Source: Hyphomonas sp. BRH_c22
GTDB taxonomy: Bacteria > Pseudomonadota > Alphaproteobacteria > Caulobacterales > Hyphomonadaceae
DNA length: 64,000 nucleotides
Assembly (NCBI RefSeq): GCF_000961795.1
Contig: NZ_LADU01000108.1
Location: 1,425 to 65,424 of the forward strand
Direction of reading: 5' to 3'
Made by a program: the position numbers and the translations under genes. Within the stretch, counting starts at the first letter, position 1; the number at the start of each line of letters is the position of its first letter. This document shows positions 9,988 to 19,243 of this stretch, in pieces. Below the pieces are notes generated by a model. The model was not told where the DNA came from. It worked only from the letters and a program-made list of their open reading frames with translations, and made no database searches.

Positions 9988-10153
9988 ACGCAAAAGGTGC
10001 CTGCCTAACCGCAGGTGAAAAGGGAAGCCGGTGAGAATCCGGCGCTATGCCCGTAACTGTAAGCGGAGAGGGACTGGCCATAAAGCCACTGGGAATTTCC
10101 CGGGAAGGCGGCCTGTTCCACCGATCCGCAAGCCAGGAGACCTGCCTCTTGCC
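9988..10153 (+). ncRNA. Cobalamin riboswitch
   Basis: AGGTG...AAAAGGGAAGCCGGTGAGAATCCGGCGCTATGCCCGTAACTGT, GCCACTG...GGGAAGG, B12 box GCCAGGAGACCTGCC. P1 GCAAAAGGT/GCCTCTTGC. Sits upstream of a TonB receptor and ABC operon. Confidence 0.96.
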
Positions 10154-10266
10154 GTCGTTTGCCCTGGTCCGGGTTCAGACCAATGGCAGCGGAGGCTGAT
10201 ACTCCGTCTACGCGACACTTTTGGTGTAACGCCCGGCCATTGCGCCGGGACAACGGAGTGTGAGCG

Positions 10267-12129
10267 ATGCTCAAACAATACCTTCTGGCCGGCGCAGCCG
10301 TGCTGGTCCTATCCGGCGCCGCGACGGCGCAGGAATCAGCCCTTGATCTCGAAGTCGTATCTGTCATCGGCCTCCGGCCTGCGCCAGCCGACGACATCAC
10401 TGCCAGCGTCAGCGTGCTGACGGCGGACGACCTTGCCATTCGCATGTCGCCCAACGCCGCAGACCAGCTGCGCGCTGTTCCCGGCGTGGGCGTGTCGCGT
10501 TCGGGTGGCACCGGCGCGCTTAGCCAGGTTCGCCTGCGCGGCGCCGAGGCGAATCACACGCTTGTCCTGCTCGACGGGATCGAGGTGTCCGACCCGGTCA
10601 ATGGCGAGACCGATTTTGGACTGCTCACCGGCATTGGCGCCACGCGTATCGAAGTGCTGCGCGGCGAAGCCTCGTCAATCTACGGCTCTGATGCCATTGG
10701 CGGCGTGGTGTCCCTGTCGACCGAGGGTGCCAGAGGCCTGCAGGCGTTCGGCGAGATCGGCACGGAAGACACGGCCCGCGCCAGTGCGTCCTATACAGGC
10801 GAAAGCGGCGCTGCGCGCTATGGAATGGGCATCAGCGGCTTCACGACAGCCGGCGTAGATGTTTCGGGCCTCGGCGGCGAGAAGGATGGATCCGACGCGC
10901 TGTCCGTTGTCGTCCGCGGCGCCATCGATCTCGATACAGACTGGACGCTTTCGGGGCTCGCTCTCGCGCGCCGGTCGAATGCCGACTTCGATTCCGACAC
11001 CGATTTTGATGGCTTGCTCAACAATGTCGACAAGAAAATGGAAGCCGATCAATATATCATAGGCACGTCCCTGTCCGGCAAGATCGGCCAGATCGGTCAT
11101 GTCTTCCGCACCAGCTATAATGAAGTGACACGCGAGAATACGACCGAGGGTGCCAGGACGGACGATTCGGCTGGCGAGCGCCTCAAGGTATCGTGGAGCC
11201 CGTCGCTCGGTTTTGCCAATCAGGAACTGACCGGTCTAATCGACTACGAAAAGGAAGATTATGACCGCACAGACGTTGCTTATGCCGGCGCGACGGATGC
11301 GTCGGAAACCTTCGAGAGCGTGGGCCTTGCGCTTGAATACCGCGTGAAGCTTGAAGCGCTCGATCTCAGCGCCTCTGGCCGCTTCGATGACAATCATGGC
11401 CGGTTCGATGATGCCACGACATGGCGCATTGGTGCGGGCTACGCCTTTGACGCGATCAGTGCGCGTGCGCGGGCATCGGTCGGAACGGGGGTGAAAAACC
11501 CCACGTTCACGGAATTGTTCGGCTTTTTCCCGGGAAGCTTTATCGGCAACCCCGATCTCAAGTCGGAGCAGTCCACCAGCTGGGAAATCGGCTGGGACCA
11601 GCAATTCGGCGCGGCAACGCTGTCGGCAGCTTACTTTGAAGCTGACCTTGAGGATGAAATCTACACGGCGTTTGATTCCAGCTTCAATTCGACGGCAGCG
11701 AACCGCGACGGAAAATCCAAACGTAGCGGCGTCGAACTGTCCGGGCGCTGGCAGGCATCCGATGCGCTGAGCGTCGCCGGGCAGGTAACCTTCCTGCAGA
11801 GCGAAAGCGATGATGGCAGTGACGAGATCCGCGTGCCTGACAAGACGGCGTCCATTTCGGTCGACTGGCAGCCGGAACCTGATGGCTACCGTATCGGCGC
11901 CGCGCTCGATTATGTCGGCGATCAGGATGACTTTGACTTTGGCAGCTTCCCGTCGCGCCGTGTCACACTCGATGCGTACACGCTGTTCTCGGCCAGCTTC
12001 GAATACCCGATCACCAAACGAATGGCGGTCACCCTGCGCGGTGAAAACCTGTTTGATGAAACGGCAACAGACGTGTTCGGATATAAAACACCGGGCGCAG
12101 CAGCCCTGGTCGGGGTGAAACTGCGATGA
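10267..12129 (+). CDS. btuB: TonB-dependent receptor, BtuB-like (cobalamin uptake)
   Basis: Signal peptide, plug (VPGV, RGAEANHTLVLLDG, IEVLRG..SSIYGSDAIGGV), NPDLKSE, ENLFD. Follows the B12 riboswitch. Confidence 0.88.
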   Translation: MLKQYLLAGAAVLVLSGAATAQESALDLEVVSVIGLRPAPADDITASVSVLTADDLAIRMSPNAADQLRAVPGVGVSRSGGTGALSQVRLRGAEANHTLVLLDGIEVSDPVNGETDFGLLTGIGATRIEVLRGEASSIYGSDAIGGVVSLSTEGARGLQAFGEIGTEDTARASASYTGESGAARYGMGISGFTTAGVDVSGLGGEKDGSDALSVVVRGAIDLDTDWTLSGLALARRSNADFDSDTDFDGLLNNVDKKMEADQYIIGTSLSGKIGQIGHVFRTSYNEVTRENTTEGARTDDSAGERLKVSWSPSLGFANQELTGLIDYEKEDYDRTDVAYAGATDASETFESVGLALEYRVKLEALDLSASGRFDDNHGRFDDATTWRIGAGYAFDAISARARASVGTGVKNPTFTELFGFFPGSFIGNPDLKSEQSTSWEIGWDQQFGAATLSAAYFEADLEDEIYTAFDSSFNSTAANRDGKSKRSGVELSGRWQASDALSVAGQVTFLQSESDDGSDEIRVPDKTASISVDWQPEPDGYRIGAALDYVGDQDDFDFGSFPSRRVTLDAYTLFSASFEYPITKRMAVTLRGENLFDETATDVFGYKTPGAAALVGVKLR

Positions 12130-12920
12130 TGCGATGGGCGCTCCTTTTCCTGCTGACGCTGTCCCCCTTGGCGGCAGCAGACGAAGTGCGCCCGACTGTC
12201 GTCTCGCTCGACTATTGTGCGGACCAGTTTGTGCTCGGCCTGGCCGATCGCGAACAAGTCCGCGCCCTTTCCAGGGATGCAGAGCGTCCATTCAGTTTCC
12301 TGCACGAGCGGGCTGAGGGATTGCCCAAAGTCCGCGCCACGGCAGAGGATGTGATCGCGCTGCAGCCTGATATTGTCGTGCGCAGCTGGGGCGGTGATGC
12401 GCGGGCCCTGGCATTCTTCGAACGGATGGGCATCCGCACGGTCCAGATCGGATACGCGACGGACATGGAGGGTGCCGCGCGTGTGACCCGTGAAGTCGGC
12501 GCGGCGCTGGGGCAGGCGGCGCGGGCGAATGCGCTCGTGGCGTCGATGCCGGACGCCGAGCCGGCCACGGGCGCGAGCGCGCTTTACATCACTCCCGGCG
12601 CCGTCACCGCCGGCGAGGGCACGATGGTCGATGCGATCATGCACCGGGCAGGACTTCAGAACGCCGCAACAGGTGCCGGTTGGCACAGCCTGCCCCTGGA
12701 AAAACTGGTCATGCAGCCGCCCGCCGTCGCCCTGACCGCCTTTTTCGGGTTTGATGATTACGCTTTCGATCAATGGAGCAGCGCGCGCCATCCGGCGCTT
12801 GCCTATGCGCTGAAGGATGCAACAGTCGTGCGCATGACTGAAAGCCGCCTGACATGTCCTGCATGGTTCGTCGCTGATGAAGCCCGCCACGTGGCTGCGG
12901 CACTGCAGGCTGCGCCATGA
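12126..12920 (+). CDS. btuF: Cobalamin ABC transporter periplasmic binding protein
   Basis: VVSLDYCADQFV, EDVIALQPD. Signal peptide and operon position. Confidence 0.82.
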   Translation: MMRWALLFLLTLSPLAAADEVRPTVVSLDYCADQFVLGLADREQVRALSRDAERPFSFLHERAEGLPKVRATAEDVIALQPDIVVRSWGGDARALAFFERMGIRTVQIGYATDMEGAARVTREVGAALGQAARANALVASMPDAEPATGASALYITPGAVTAGEGTMVDAIMHRAGLQNAATGAGWHSLPLEKLVMQPPAVALTAFFGFDDYAFDQWSSARHPALAYALKDATVVRMTESRLTCPAWFVADEARHVAAALQAAP

Positions 12921-13900
12921 AGCATGTTTCGCTCATCCTTGCGGCCGGGTGCGTGGTCCTGCTCTCGCTTTCGGTTCTGGTTGGCAGTGCGCCATTGGGG
13001 CTGGGTGAGACCTTTGCGGCCTTGATCGGGCAGGGGACGGAAGCTTCGCGCCTCATTGTCTGGGAAATCCGCCTCCCGCGCGCTGTGGCGGCATTTGGTG
13101 TCGGCGCGGCGCTTGGCCTGTCGGGTGCGGGTTTGCAGGGATTGCTGCAGAACCCGCTCGCCGGGCCCGGTGTGCTCGGCGTATCGGCTTTCGCGTCGCT
13201 TGGGGCCGTGATTGCCATCTATTTCGGCCTGGCAGCAGCGGGCAGTTTCGCCGTGCCCCTGGCTGCCATCCTCTTTTCGGGGCTCGCCGTCGCACTGTTG
13301 CTCTTCGCCGCCGGGCGTGGTGCCAGCACGGTAACGCTCCTTCTGGTCGGTATTGGCCTGTCGAGCCTTGCGGGCGCGCTCATGTCGCTTGCGCTGAACC
13401 TTGCCCCAAACCCCTACAGCCTGTCCGACCTGATAAACTGGATGCTCGGCTCAGTCGCCAACCGGTCCTGGACTGACGTCGGCATGGCCGTTCCGGCCTG
13501 GGCACTCGGTGCGGCGGCCGTCCTCATGGCGGGACCGTCGCTTCGGGCCCTGTCGCTTGGCGAGGAGACGGCCGCGTCACTTGGTGTGAGCCCTGCCCGA
13601 GTACGCCTGCTGATCATTGTCGGCACGTCGCTGCTGGCCGGGGCGAGTGTCGCTCTGGCGGGCACGATCGGCTTCGTCGGCATGGTCGCCCCCCACATTG
13701 TGCGCCCCCTTGTGAAGCATGATCCCCAGCGTGTCCTGCTCCCTTCGGCGCTGGCGGCAGGGGGCATGTTGCTCGGCGCCGACATGCTGGTGCGCGTGCT
13801 GCCGTTTTCGCAGGAATTGAAGCTCGGCGTTGCCGCCGCCCTGTTCGGCGCACCCGTGTTCATCTGGATCGCTGCGCGACTGGGAGGCAGCACGCGATGA
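12917..13900 (+). CDS. btuC: Cobalamin ABC transporter permease (FecCD family)
   Basis: IRLPRA, QNPLAGPGVLGVS, LGEETAASLG, IGFVGMVAPH. Confidence 0.88.
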   Translation: MKHVSLILAAGCVVLLSLSVLVGSAPLGLGETFAALIGQGTEASRLIVWEIRLPRAVAAFGVGAALGLSGAGLQGLLQNPLAGPGVLGVSAFASLGAVIAIYFGLAAAGSFAVPLAAILFSGLAVALLLFAAGRGASTVTLLLVGIGLSSLAGALMSLALNLAPNPYSLSDLINWMLGSVANRSWTDVGMAVPAWALGAAAVLMAGPSLRALSLGEETAASLGVSPARVRLLIIVGTSLLAGASVALAGTIGFVGMVAPHIVRPLVKHDPQRVLLPSALAAGGMLLGADMLVRVLPFSQELKLGVAAALFGAPVFIWIAARLGGSTR

Positions 13901-14646
13901 TCACTGTGTCAGGTGTTCATGTTGATCTCGGCAACCGTCCAGTCCTGTCCGACGTGTCATTCGGCCTCGCGCCGGGGGAATTCGTCGGGCTCGTCGGGCC
14001 CAATGGCGCCGGAAAGAGCACGCTGCTGCGCGTGATGACCGGCCTGCTGGCGCCCCGGCAGGGCAAGGTCAGTTATGGGGATGCCGATATCGCATCGCTG
14101 ACCCATCGCGAGCGCGCCTTGCTGGTCGCCTGGCTACCCCAGGCGCGGCCCGTGGCCTGGAACCTGATCGCGGAAGACCTTGTCGCGCTGGGCCGCTTCG
14201 TCACCAGTCCCGCGCCGTATGAGCATTGCGGGCCGGCCGACAAGGAAGCCATCGACGACGCCATGGAGCGCGCCGGGGCGACCCCATACCGCCACCGTGC
14301 AGTGCACACATTGTCGGGCGGCGAGCAGGCACGTCTTCACCTCGCCCGCACCCTTGCCACCCCCTCCCGCACCCTCTTGCTGGACGAGCCGGGCGCCGCG
14401 CTCGACATTGCTCACCGCCTCGCCCTCATGCGGGTGTTGCAGGAACAGTGCGACGCCGGACGTGCTGTCGTGGCGGCGATCCACGATCTTGACCTCGCTT
14501 CACGCTTTTGCAGCCGCATCATCGTGCTGGACCAGGGGACGATTGTTGCGGACGGCCCGCCTGATGAGGCACTTGATGCGGGCTGCCTCGCCCGCGTGTT
14601 TGGCGTCCGGCGGAATGGTCAGGGCGTGTTCGAAGCGGTCGCATAA
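13897..14646 (+). CDS. btuD: Cobalamin ABC transporter ATP-binding protein
   Basis: Walker A GPNGAGKST, LSGGE, LLLDEP, HDL. Confidence 0.88.
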   Translation: MITVSGVHVDLGNRPVLSDVSFGLAPGEFVGLVGPNGAGKSTLLRVMTGLLAPRQGKVSYGDADIASLTHRERALLVAWLPQARPVAWNLIAEDLVALGRFVTSPAPYEHCGPADKEAIDDAMERAGATPYRHRAVHTLSGGEQARLHLARTLATPSRTLLLDEPGAALDIAHRLALMRVLQEQCDAGRAVVAAIHDLDLASRFCSRIIVLDQGTIVADGPPDEALDAGCLARVFGVRRNGQGVFEAVA

Positions 14647-14689
14647 TGCCCGATGGTGAATCTATGTGAAACCATTTTGCTGCAGTATG

Positions 14690-14704
14690 TTAGCCAAAAC
14701 TTAG
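14690..14704 (+). promoter_or_regulatory. Putative CtrA-like site
   Basis: TTAG-N7-TTAG versus the CtrA consensus TTAA-N7-TTAA(C), in an AT-rich intergenic region. Confidence 0.35.
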
Positions 14705-14747
14705 GGCATCCATGGCATCTGTCCCTGTGAGATGACCGGAGAGCTCC

Positions 14748-15014
14748 ATGGCTGCGCTGCCTGTACATAACCAGCCGCCCCACCAGGCGGACGTGCCTGA
14801 AGCGGATACCGCTGCAGGCAAAACTGGCGTTCAGGCTGTTGAAAAGCACCACACTCCCGAGCATGTCGCCTCTCCGGCGCATGCCCTGCAGGCGCGGATA
14901 TTGTCCGAGCTGTCCAAGCCTGACCGCAGGTCTGTGCGCAGGATTATTGCCACATTACTGGTGCTCAGCCTGTCGACCTGGCTAGCCGGTTTCGTTCTCT
15001 ACGCCGCGCTCTGA
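14748..15014 (+). CDS. Small membrane protein (88 aa, C-terminal TM helix)
   Basis: RBS GGAGAG, disordered N-terminus, SPAHALQARI helix, basic patch, then a hydrophobic C-terminal helix. Confidence 0.7.
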   Translation: MAALPVHNQPPHQADVPEADTAAGKTGVQAVEKHHTPEHVASPAHALQARILSELSKPDRRSVRRIIATLLVLSLSTWLAGFVLYAAL

Positions 15015-15092
15015 TCGCGAATTGTTCTCTGGCCTTACCGCCGCTTTTGAGCGATAGGGACGCGCTGATACGATATGAAACAGGAGCCGCCG

Positions 15093-15965
15093 ATGCGCGT
15101 CAGGAAAGCAGTTCTACCGGTCGCTGGCATGGGCACGCGGGTTCTGCCTGCGACCAAGGCCATCCCGAAGGAAATGCTGCCCGTCGTTGACCGTCCGGCC
15201 ATTCAGTACGTTGTCGATGAGGCCCTCGAAGCCGGAATCGAGCATATCGTCTTCGTCACCGGTCGTGGCAAAGGCGCGATCGAGGACTATTTCGACATCA
15301 ATTACGAACTGGATGTGTCCCTCAGGCAGAAGGGCAAGGATGCGATCCTCGAGCAAGTGCAGCGCACCGTGCTGCCGGCTGGGGCCGCGAGTTTCGTTCG
15401 CCAGCAGTCACCGCTCGGGCTTGGCCACGCGATCTGGTGCGCGCGCGACATCATCGGCAATGAGCCATTTGCCGTGTTGCTGCCCGATGTGATCGTCAAA
15501 TCCAGTCCGTCGTGCCTCGCGCAGATGGTTTCGGCGTATAATGAAGTGGGCGGGAACATTGTTGCGGTCGATCCGGTTCCGATGGAACGTGTGTCGTCCT
15601 ATGGCGTGATCGCGCCGAAATCGCGTAATGGCCGCCTGATCGAGATGTCGGGCATGGTCGAGAAACCCCCAATGGAATCGGCACCTTCGAACCTGAAGAT
15701 CACGGGCCGCTACATTCTCCAGCCTGAAATCTTTGCCCTTTTGGCTGACCAGGCCGCGGGTGCTGGCGGAGAAATACAGCTGACCGACGCCATGGCGCGC
15801 CAGATGGAAACCCAAAGCTATTACGCTTACGAGTTTGAAGGCCGTGAATATGATTGCGGGTCGAAACTCGGCTATTTCGAAGCCGTCATGGCCCATGCGG
15901 TCGACAATGAGGAAACCGCCGAAGGCGCGCGTGACCTCATCCGCAAGTTTGCGGCGTCACTTTAG
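15093..15965 (+). CDS. galU: UTP--glucose-1-phosphate uridylyltransferase
   Basis: KAVLPVAGMGTRVLPATKAIPKEMLP, LGLGHA, VEKP, GGEIQLTDA. RBS AGGAG before 15093. Confidence 0.96.
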   Translation: MRVRKAVLPVAGMGTRVLPATKAIPKEMLPVVDRPAIQYVVDEALEAGIEHIVFVTGRGKGAIEDYFDINYELDVSLRQKGKDAILEQVQRTVLPAGAASFVRQQSPLGLGHAIWCARDIIGNEPFAVLLPDVIVKSSPSCLAQMVSAYNEVGGNIVAVDPVPMERVSSYGVIAPKSRNGRLIEMSGMVEKPPMESAPSNLKITGRYILQPEIFALLADQAAGAGGEIQLTDAMARQMETQSYYAYEFEGREYDCGSKLGYFEAVMAHAVDNEETAEGARDLIRKFAASL

Positions 15966-16029
15966 GCAAGCTCCAATCTGACACGAATTAAACGCCCGAC
16001 AGGACCGGTCTTCGGCGGTTTTTCAGTGG

Positions 16030-16044
16030 TTAAAACGCACTAAA
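16030..16044 (+). promoter_or_regulatory. Putative CtrA-like site
   Basis: TTAA-N7-TAAA in the AT-rich region upstream of the TadG-like gene. Confidence 0.35.
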
Positions 16045-16160
16045 AGATTGTAAACATTCGGAAATTCCGGATTTTCCGCTTTTACGGAATGTCCCCTCAG
16101 GCGGGCACCATGGCATGCGTATTGCACGTGTCAGGGGAATAGCTTGGTGAGTGTTCTAAC

Positions 16161-18089
16161 ATGAAACGTCCGATCAAAGCGAAAGCCCGGGATTTCAAGC
16201 GTGACATCAATGGCGCCACGGCGGTGATTTATGCCTTGTGCCTGCTGCCTCTGACCATGTTTGTCGGCGTGGCAGTCGATGGGGCGCGCATGGTTTCGGC
16301 CAAGAAGCACATGCAAGCGTCGATGGACGCCGCCGTTCTGAATGGCGCGCGTGAATTTGTGAACAATGCTGCAACGGACGATGCGGATCGCAAGGCGCTC
16401 ACGAAGGCTGCGATCGAGAACATGTACCATCAGGATGTTGCGACCGCTCACACTGATCTCGGCAAGGCAAAGGTTACGTCAACCATCACCGATCTCGGAG
16501 AAGTTTCGGCCGTTGCGGTATCCGACCTGCCCATGGTTTTCGGTGCCTTCTTTGGCCGCTCCTTTCAGCAGCTGTCAGTGACGGGAGCGGCGCAGGCCGG
16601 CGACAGCCGCAAGATCGAAGTGATCCTCGCCCTCGATAATACGAGTTCCATGTTTGAGCAGGACCGCTTCACCAAGATGCGGGAGGCTTCCAAGGGTTTT
16701 GTGAACACGATGTTCGACCAGACACCAGCCGCTGGCCTGATGTCGATTGGTGTCGTGCCCTGGGCATCCGTCGTCAACATCAATTCCGAAGCGCCAGGCG
16801 CATGGAATCCGGCGCCAGCCATGGCTGGCACACCGCCTGTGTATGGCTCGGCCCGCACGCCAAACGCCCCGTTCGAAAGCCGCCGGAAGTACCTTTACGA
16901 ACCGGAAGCTGAAAAAGCCTACACGGCCGCTGCCATGGCGCGTGATTTCGCACCGGTCGAATGGCGCGGCTGCGTGCGATCGGCACCGAATGAACGTGTC
17001 GTCAGCACGGGTGGATTCGTCACCAAGCGCCTGACCGACGATGCGGTTTCTGGCATGCGCTGGCATGCCTCCTGGCTGGAGCCGGAGCTGCAGACCTACA
17101 GTATTCCGTCACCCCCTTCGCCGCCCAAACCACCAAAGCCGCCGAAGACGCCGAAACCACCATCGCCTCCATCACCGCCGTCCCCGCCACCGCCACCCAA
17201 GCCGCCGGTTCCGGGCCCGCAGGGGTCTATCATTGACCTTGCGCCGCCAATCCAGAATGCTTCGCTCGACATTCCAGGCAATCGCTTGCTGAAATGTACC
17301 CAAAGCAGCAATCAGGCCGGCTATGACGGTCTTCGGAACGTCTACATGAACGAGACGCAGCTTTGTGCTACGGCCTACAAGAAGCCGTTGAGTGTCATGT
17401 CACCTGCCTGTGTGTCTGACCCGACAGAATTCGGCTATTTCGCCAGTGGCGGAAAGGCCTGTGCCTGGCAGCAGGATATTTTCCCGTGGTCGAGCTACAA
17501 GCCCGTCTCCGGGCCCAACATGAACTGTCCGACGGCAATGCTCGGGCTGTCAGGTGACCGGGGCCAGATCCTCGAAAAGCTCGATCACATGTATCCTGTA
17601 CAGGGCGGCACGCAGGCTGACATAGGCTTGATGTGGGGACTGCGCGCGCTGTCTCCCCGTTCGACCTGGGCCAGCTTCTTCGGGACGACCGGTGATCAGG
17701 AACCAAAACCGTTCAAGGATGCGGGCGTTCGCAAGATCATGATCCTGCTGACGGACGGCAGGAACGAAGCCCCGTACCATTTCGAAGGCTATTATGGATG
17801 TAACGAATCCGGCGACCGCGGTGCTGCGGGCAAGTGCTGGAAGGCCAAGGGCATGAAAAGCCTCGACGGTGACAGCCTTGACGGCCTGACACTGGATTCC
17901 TGCAAGGCCATCCGCGAAGACTATGACATCGAGCTTTACACGATTGCTGTGGATATTTCCGATAGCGCCGCGATCAAGCTTCTGGGCGACTGCGCGGCTG
18001 ATGCGGACCGGACGTTCAACATCACGTCATCGCAACTGGACAAGACATTTTCGGCAATTGCTGCCCGGGAACTTCGCCTGACAAAATAA
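16161..18089 (+). CDS. TadG/CpaL-like minor pilin with vWA domain and Pro-rich insert
   Basis: Prepilin-like N-terminus (RDFKRDING-ATAVIYAL..., AVDGAR...MQASMDAAVL), MIDAS-like DNTSS, GGT, LLTDG, C-terminal ELRLTK. Confidence 0.85.
   Translation: MKRPIKAKARDFKRDINGATAVIYALCLLPLTMFVGVAVDGARMVSAKKHMQASMDAAVLNGAREFVNNAATDDADRKALTKAAIENMYHQDVATAHTDLGKAKVTSTITDLGEVSAVAVSDLPMVFGAFFGRSFQQLSVTGAAQAGDSRKIEVILALDNTSSMFEQDRFTKMREASKGFVNTMFDQTPAAGLMSIGVVPWASVVNINSEAPGAWNPAPAMAGTPPVYGSARTPNAPFESRRKYLYEPEAEKAYTAAAMARDFAPVEWRGCVRSAPNERVVSTGGFVTKRLTDDAVSGMRWHASWLEPELQTYSIPSPPSPPKPPKPPKTPKPPSPPSPPSPPPPPKPPVPGPQGSIIDLAPPIQNASLDIPGNRLLKCTQSSNQAGYDGLRNVYMNETQLCATAYKKPLSVMSPACVSDPTEFGYFASGGKACAWQQDIFPWSSYKPVSGPNMNCPTAMLGLSGDRGQILEKLDHMYPVQGGTQADIGLMWGLRALSPRSTWASFFGTTGDQEPKPFKDAGVRKIMILLTDGRNEAPYHFEGYYGCNESGDRGAAGKCWKAKGMKSLDGDSLDGLTLDSCKAIREDYDIELYTIAVDISDSAAIKLLGDCAADADRTFNITSSQLDKTFSAIAARELRLTK
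17106..17219 (+). repeat. Imperfect 9-bp coding repeats encoding an (S/K)PP polyproline tract
   Basis: Translates to PSPPSPPKPPKPPKTPKPPSPPSPPSPPPPPKPPVPGP. Confidence 0.9.
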
Positions 18090-18140
18090 CAGGATGAAGG
18101 GGGTTTGAAGGCAGGTCCGGGACAGGCTAGGGCTGTGTCC

Positions 18141-19136
18141 ATGTGCCAGCCATTCAAACTTCCGGATTTTGATGATGTCCTCGCCGCTGAAGCGCGGGTT
18201 GCGGGCGTCGTGCGCGAAACGCCTGTCCTGACCCATCCGGCCCTCGATGCTGCTGCGGGCGCGGAAGTGCTCGTGAAGGCAGAGTGCCTGCAGGTCACCG
18301 GCAGTTTCAAGATACGCGGCGCAATGAACAGGCTGGCGCAGATTCCCGAGAGCGGCCGCAAGGCAGGCGTGGTCGCATTTTCATCCGGCAACCATGCGCA
18401 GGGCGTCGCACGGGCGGCGCGGCTGCTCGGCATGCCGGCACTTATTGTCATGCCGTCCGATGCGCCGCAGGTGAAGGTGGATGGCGTGCTCGCCGATGGC
18501 GGCGAAGTGCACTTCTACGACCGGAATTCGGAAAGCCGTGAAGCGATATCGGCTGAACTGGCTGCTGATCGCGGGGCCATCGTGGTGCCGAGTTATGACG
18601 ATCCGGACATTATTGCAGGCCAGGGGACGCTCGGTCTCGCGTTTGCGCGGCAAGTCGCGGCGATGGGCAAGCCGCTGGATTACCTGGTCTGTTGCACCGG
18701 TGGCGGCGGGTTGATTACTGGCGTGGCACTGGCATTCGAGCAGCTGTCATCGAAAACTGAAATCTGGGCGGCTGAACCTGAGGGGCATGATGACTGGCGC
18801 CGCTCGCTGGCAGCCGGCGAAATCATTGAGAATGCGCCGGGTACGCGGTCGATTTGCGATGCCATACTCACACCGAAGCCGGGGAACCTGACGTTTCCGC
18901 TCGGCAAACGCCTTCTGGCAGGCGCGCTGACCGTCAGCGATGCGGACGTGCGCGGGGCCATGCGGCAGGCCTTCAGGCACCTGAAAATCGTGGCCGAACC
19001 GGGTGGAGCAGCGGCGCTGGCGGGGGTGTTGAAGGGGGTTCCAGCGGCGTGGCGAGGGGGCCGTGTGGGGGTGGTGGTGACGGGGGGCAATGTCGATGCG
19101 GCTCAATTCGCCGAGGTTCTGTCGACCGACGGCTGA
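18141..19136 (+). CDS. PLP-dependent threonine/serine dehydratase (serine racemase-like, no ACT domain)
   Basis: KAECLQVTGSFKIRGA (PLP Lys), SSGNHAQG, GGGGL, TGGNVD. Confidence 0.9.
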   Translation: MCQPFKLPDFDDVLAAEARVAGVVRETPVLTHPALDAAAGAEVLVKAECLQVTGSFKIRGAMNRLAQIPESGRKAGVVAFSSGNHAQGVARAARLLGMPALIVMPSDAPQVKVDGVLADGGEVHFYDRNSESREAISAELAADRGAIVVPSYDDPDIIAGQGTLGLAFARQVAAMGKPLDYLVCCTGGGGLITGVALAFEQLSSKTEIWAAEPEGHDDWRRSLAAGEIIENAPGTRSICDAILTPKPGNLTFPLGKRLLAGALTVSDADVRGAMRQAFRHLKIVAEPGGAAALAGVLKGVPAAWRGGRVGVVVTGGNVDAAQFAEVLSTDG

Positions 19137-19243
19137 TTGCGCCGGCCGGGCTGATGATGGGTTATCTTCTTGTGCGGCCTGACCCTGACACCTTTTGGCC
19201 GTGCGGCCCTTTTATGCCCGTAGTCTGGCATTAGGTGTGAGGC

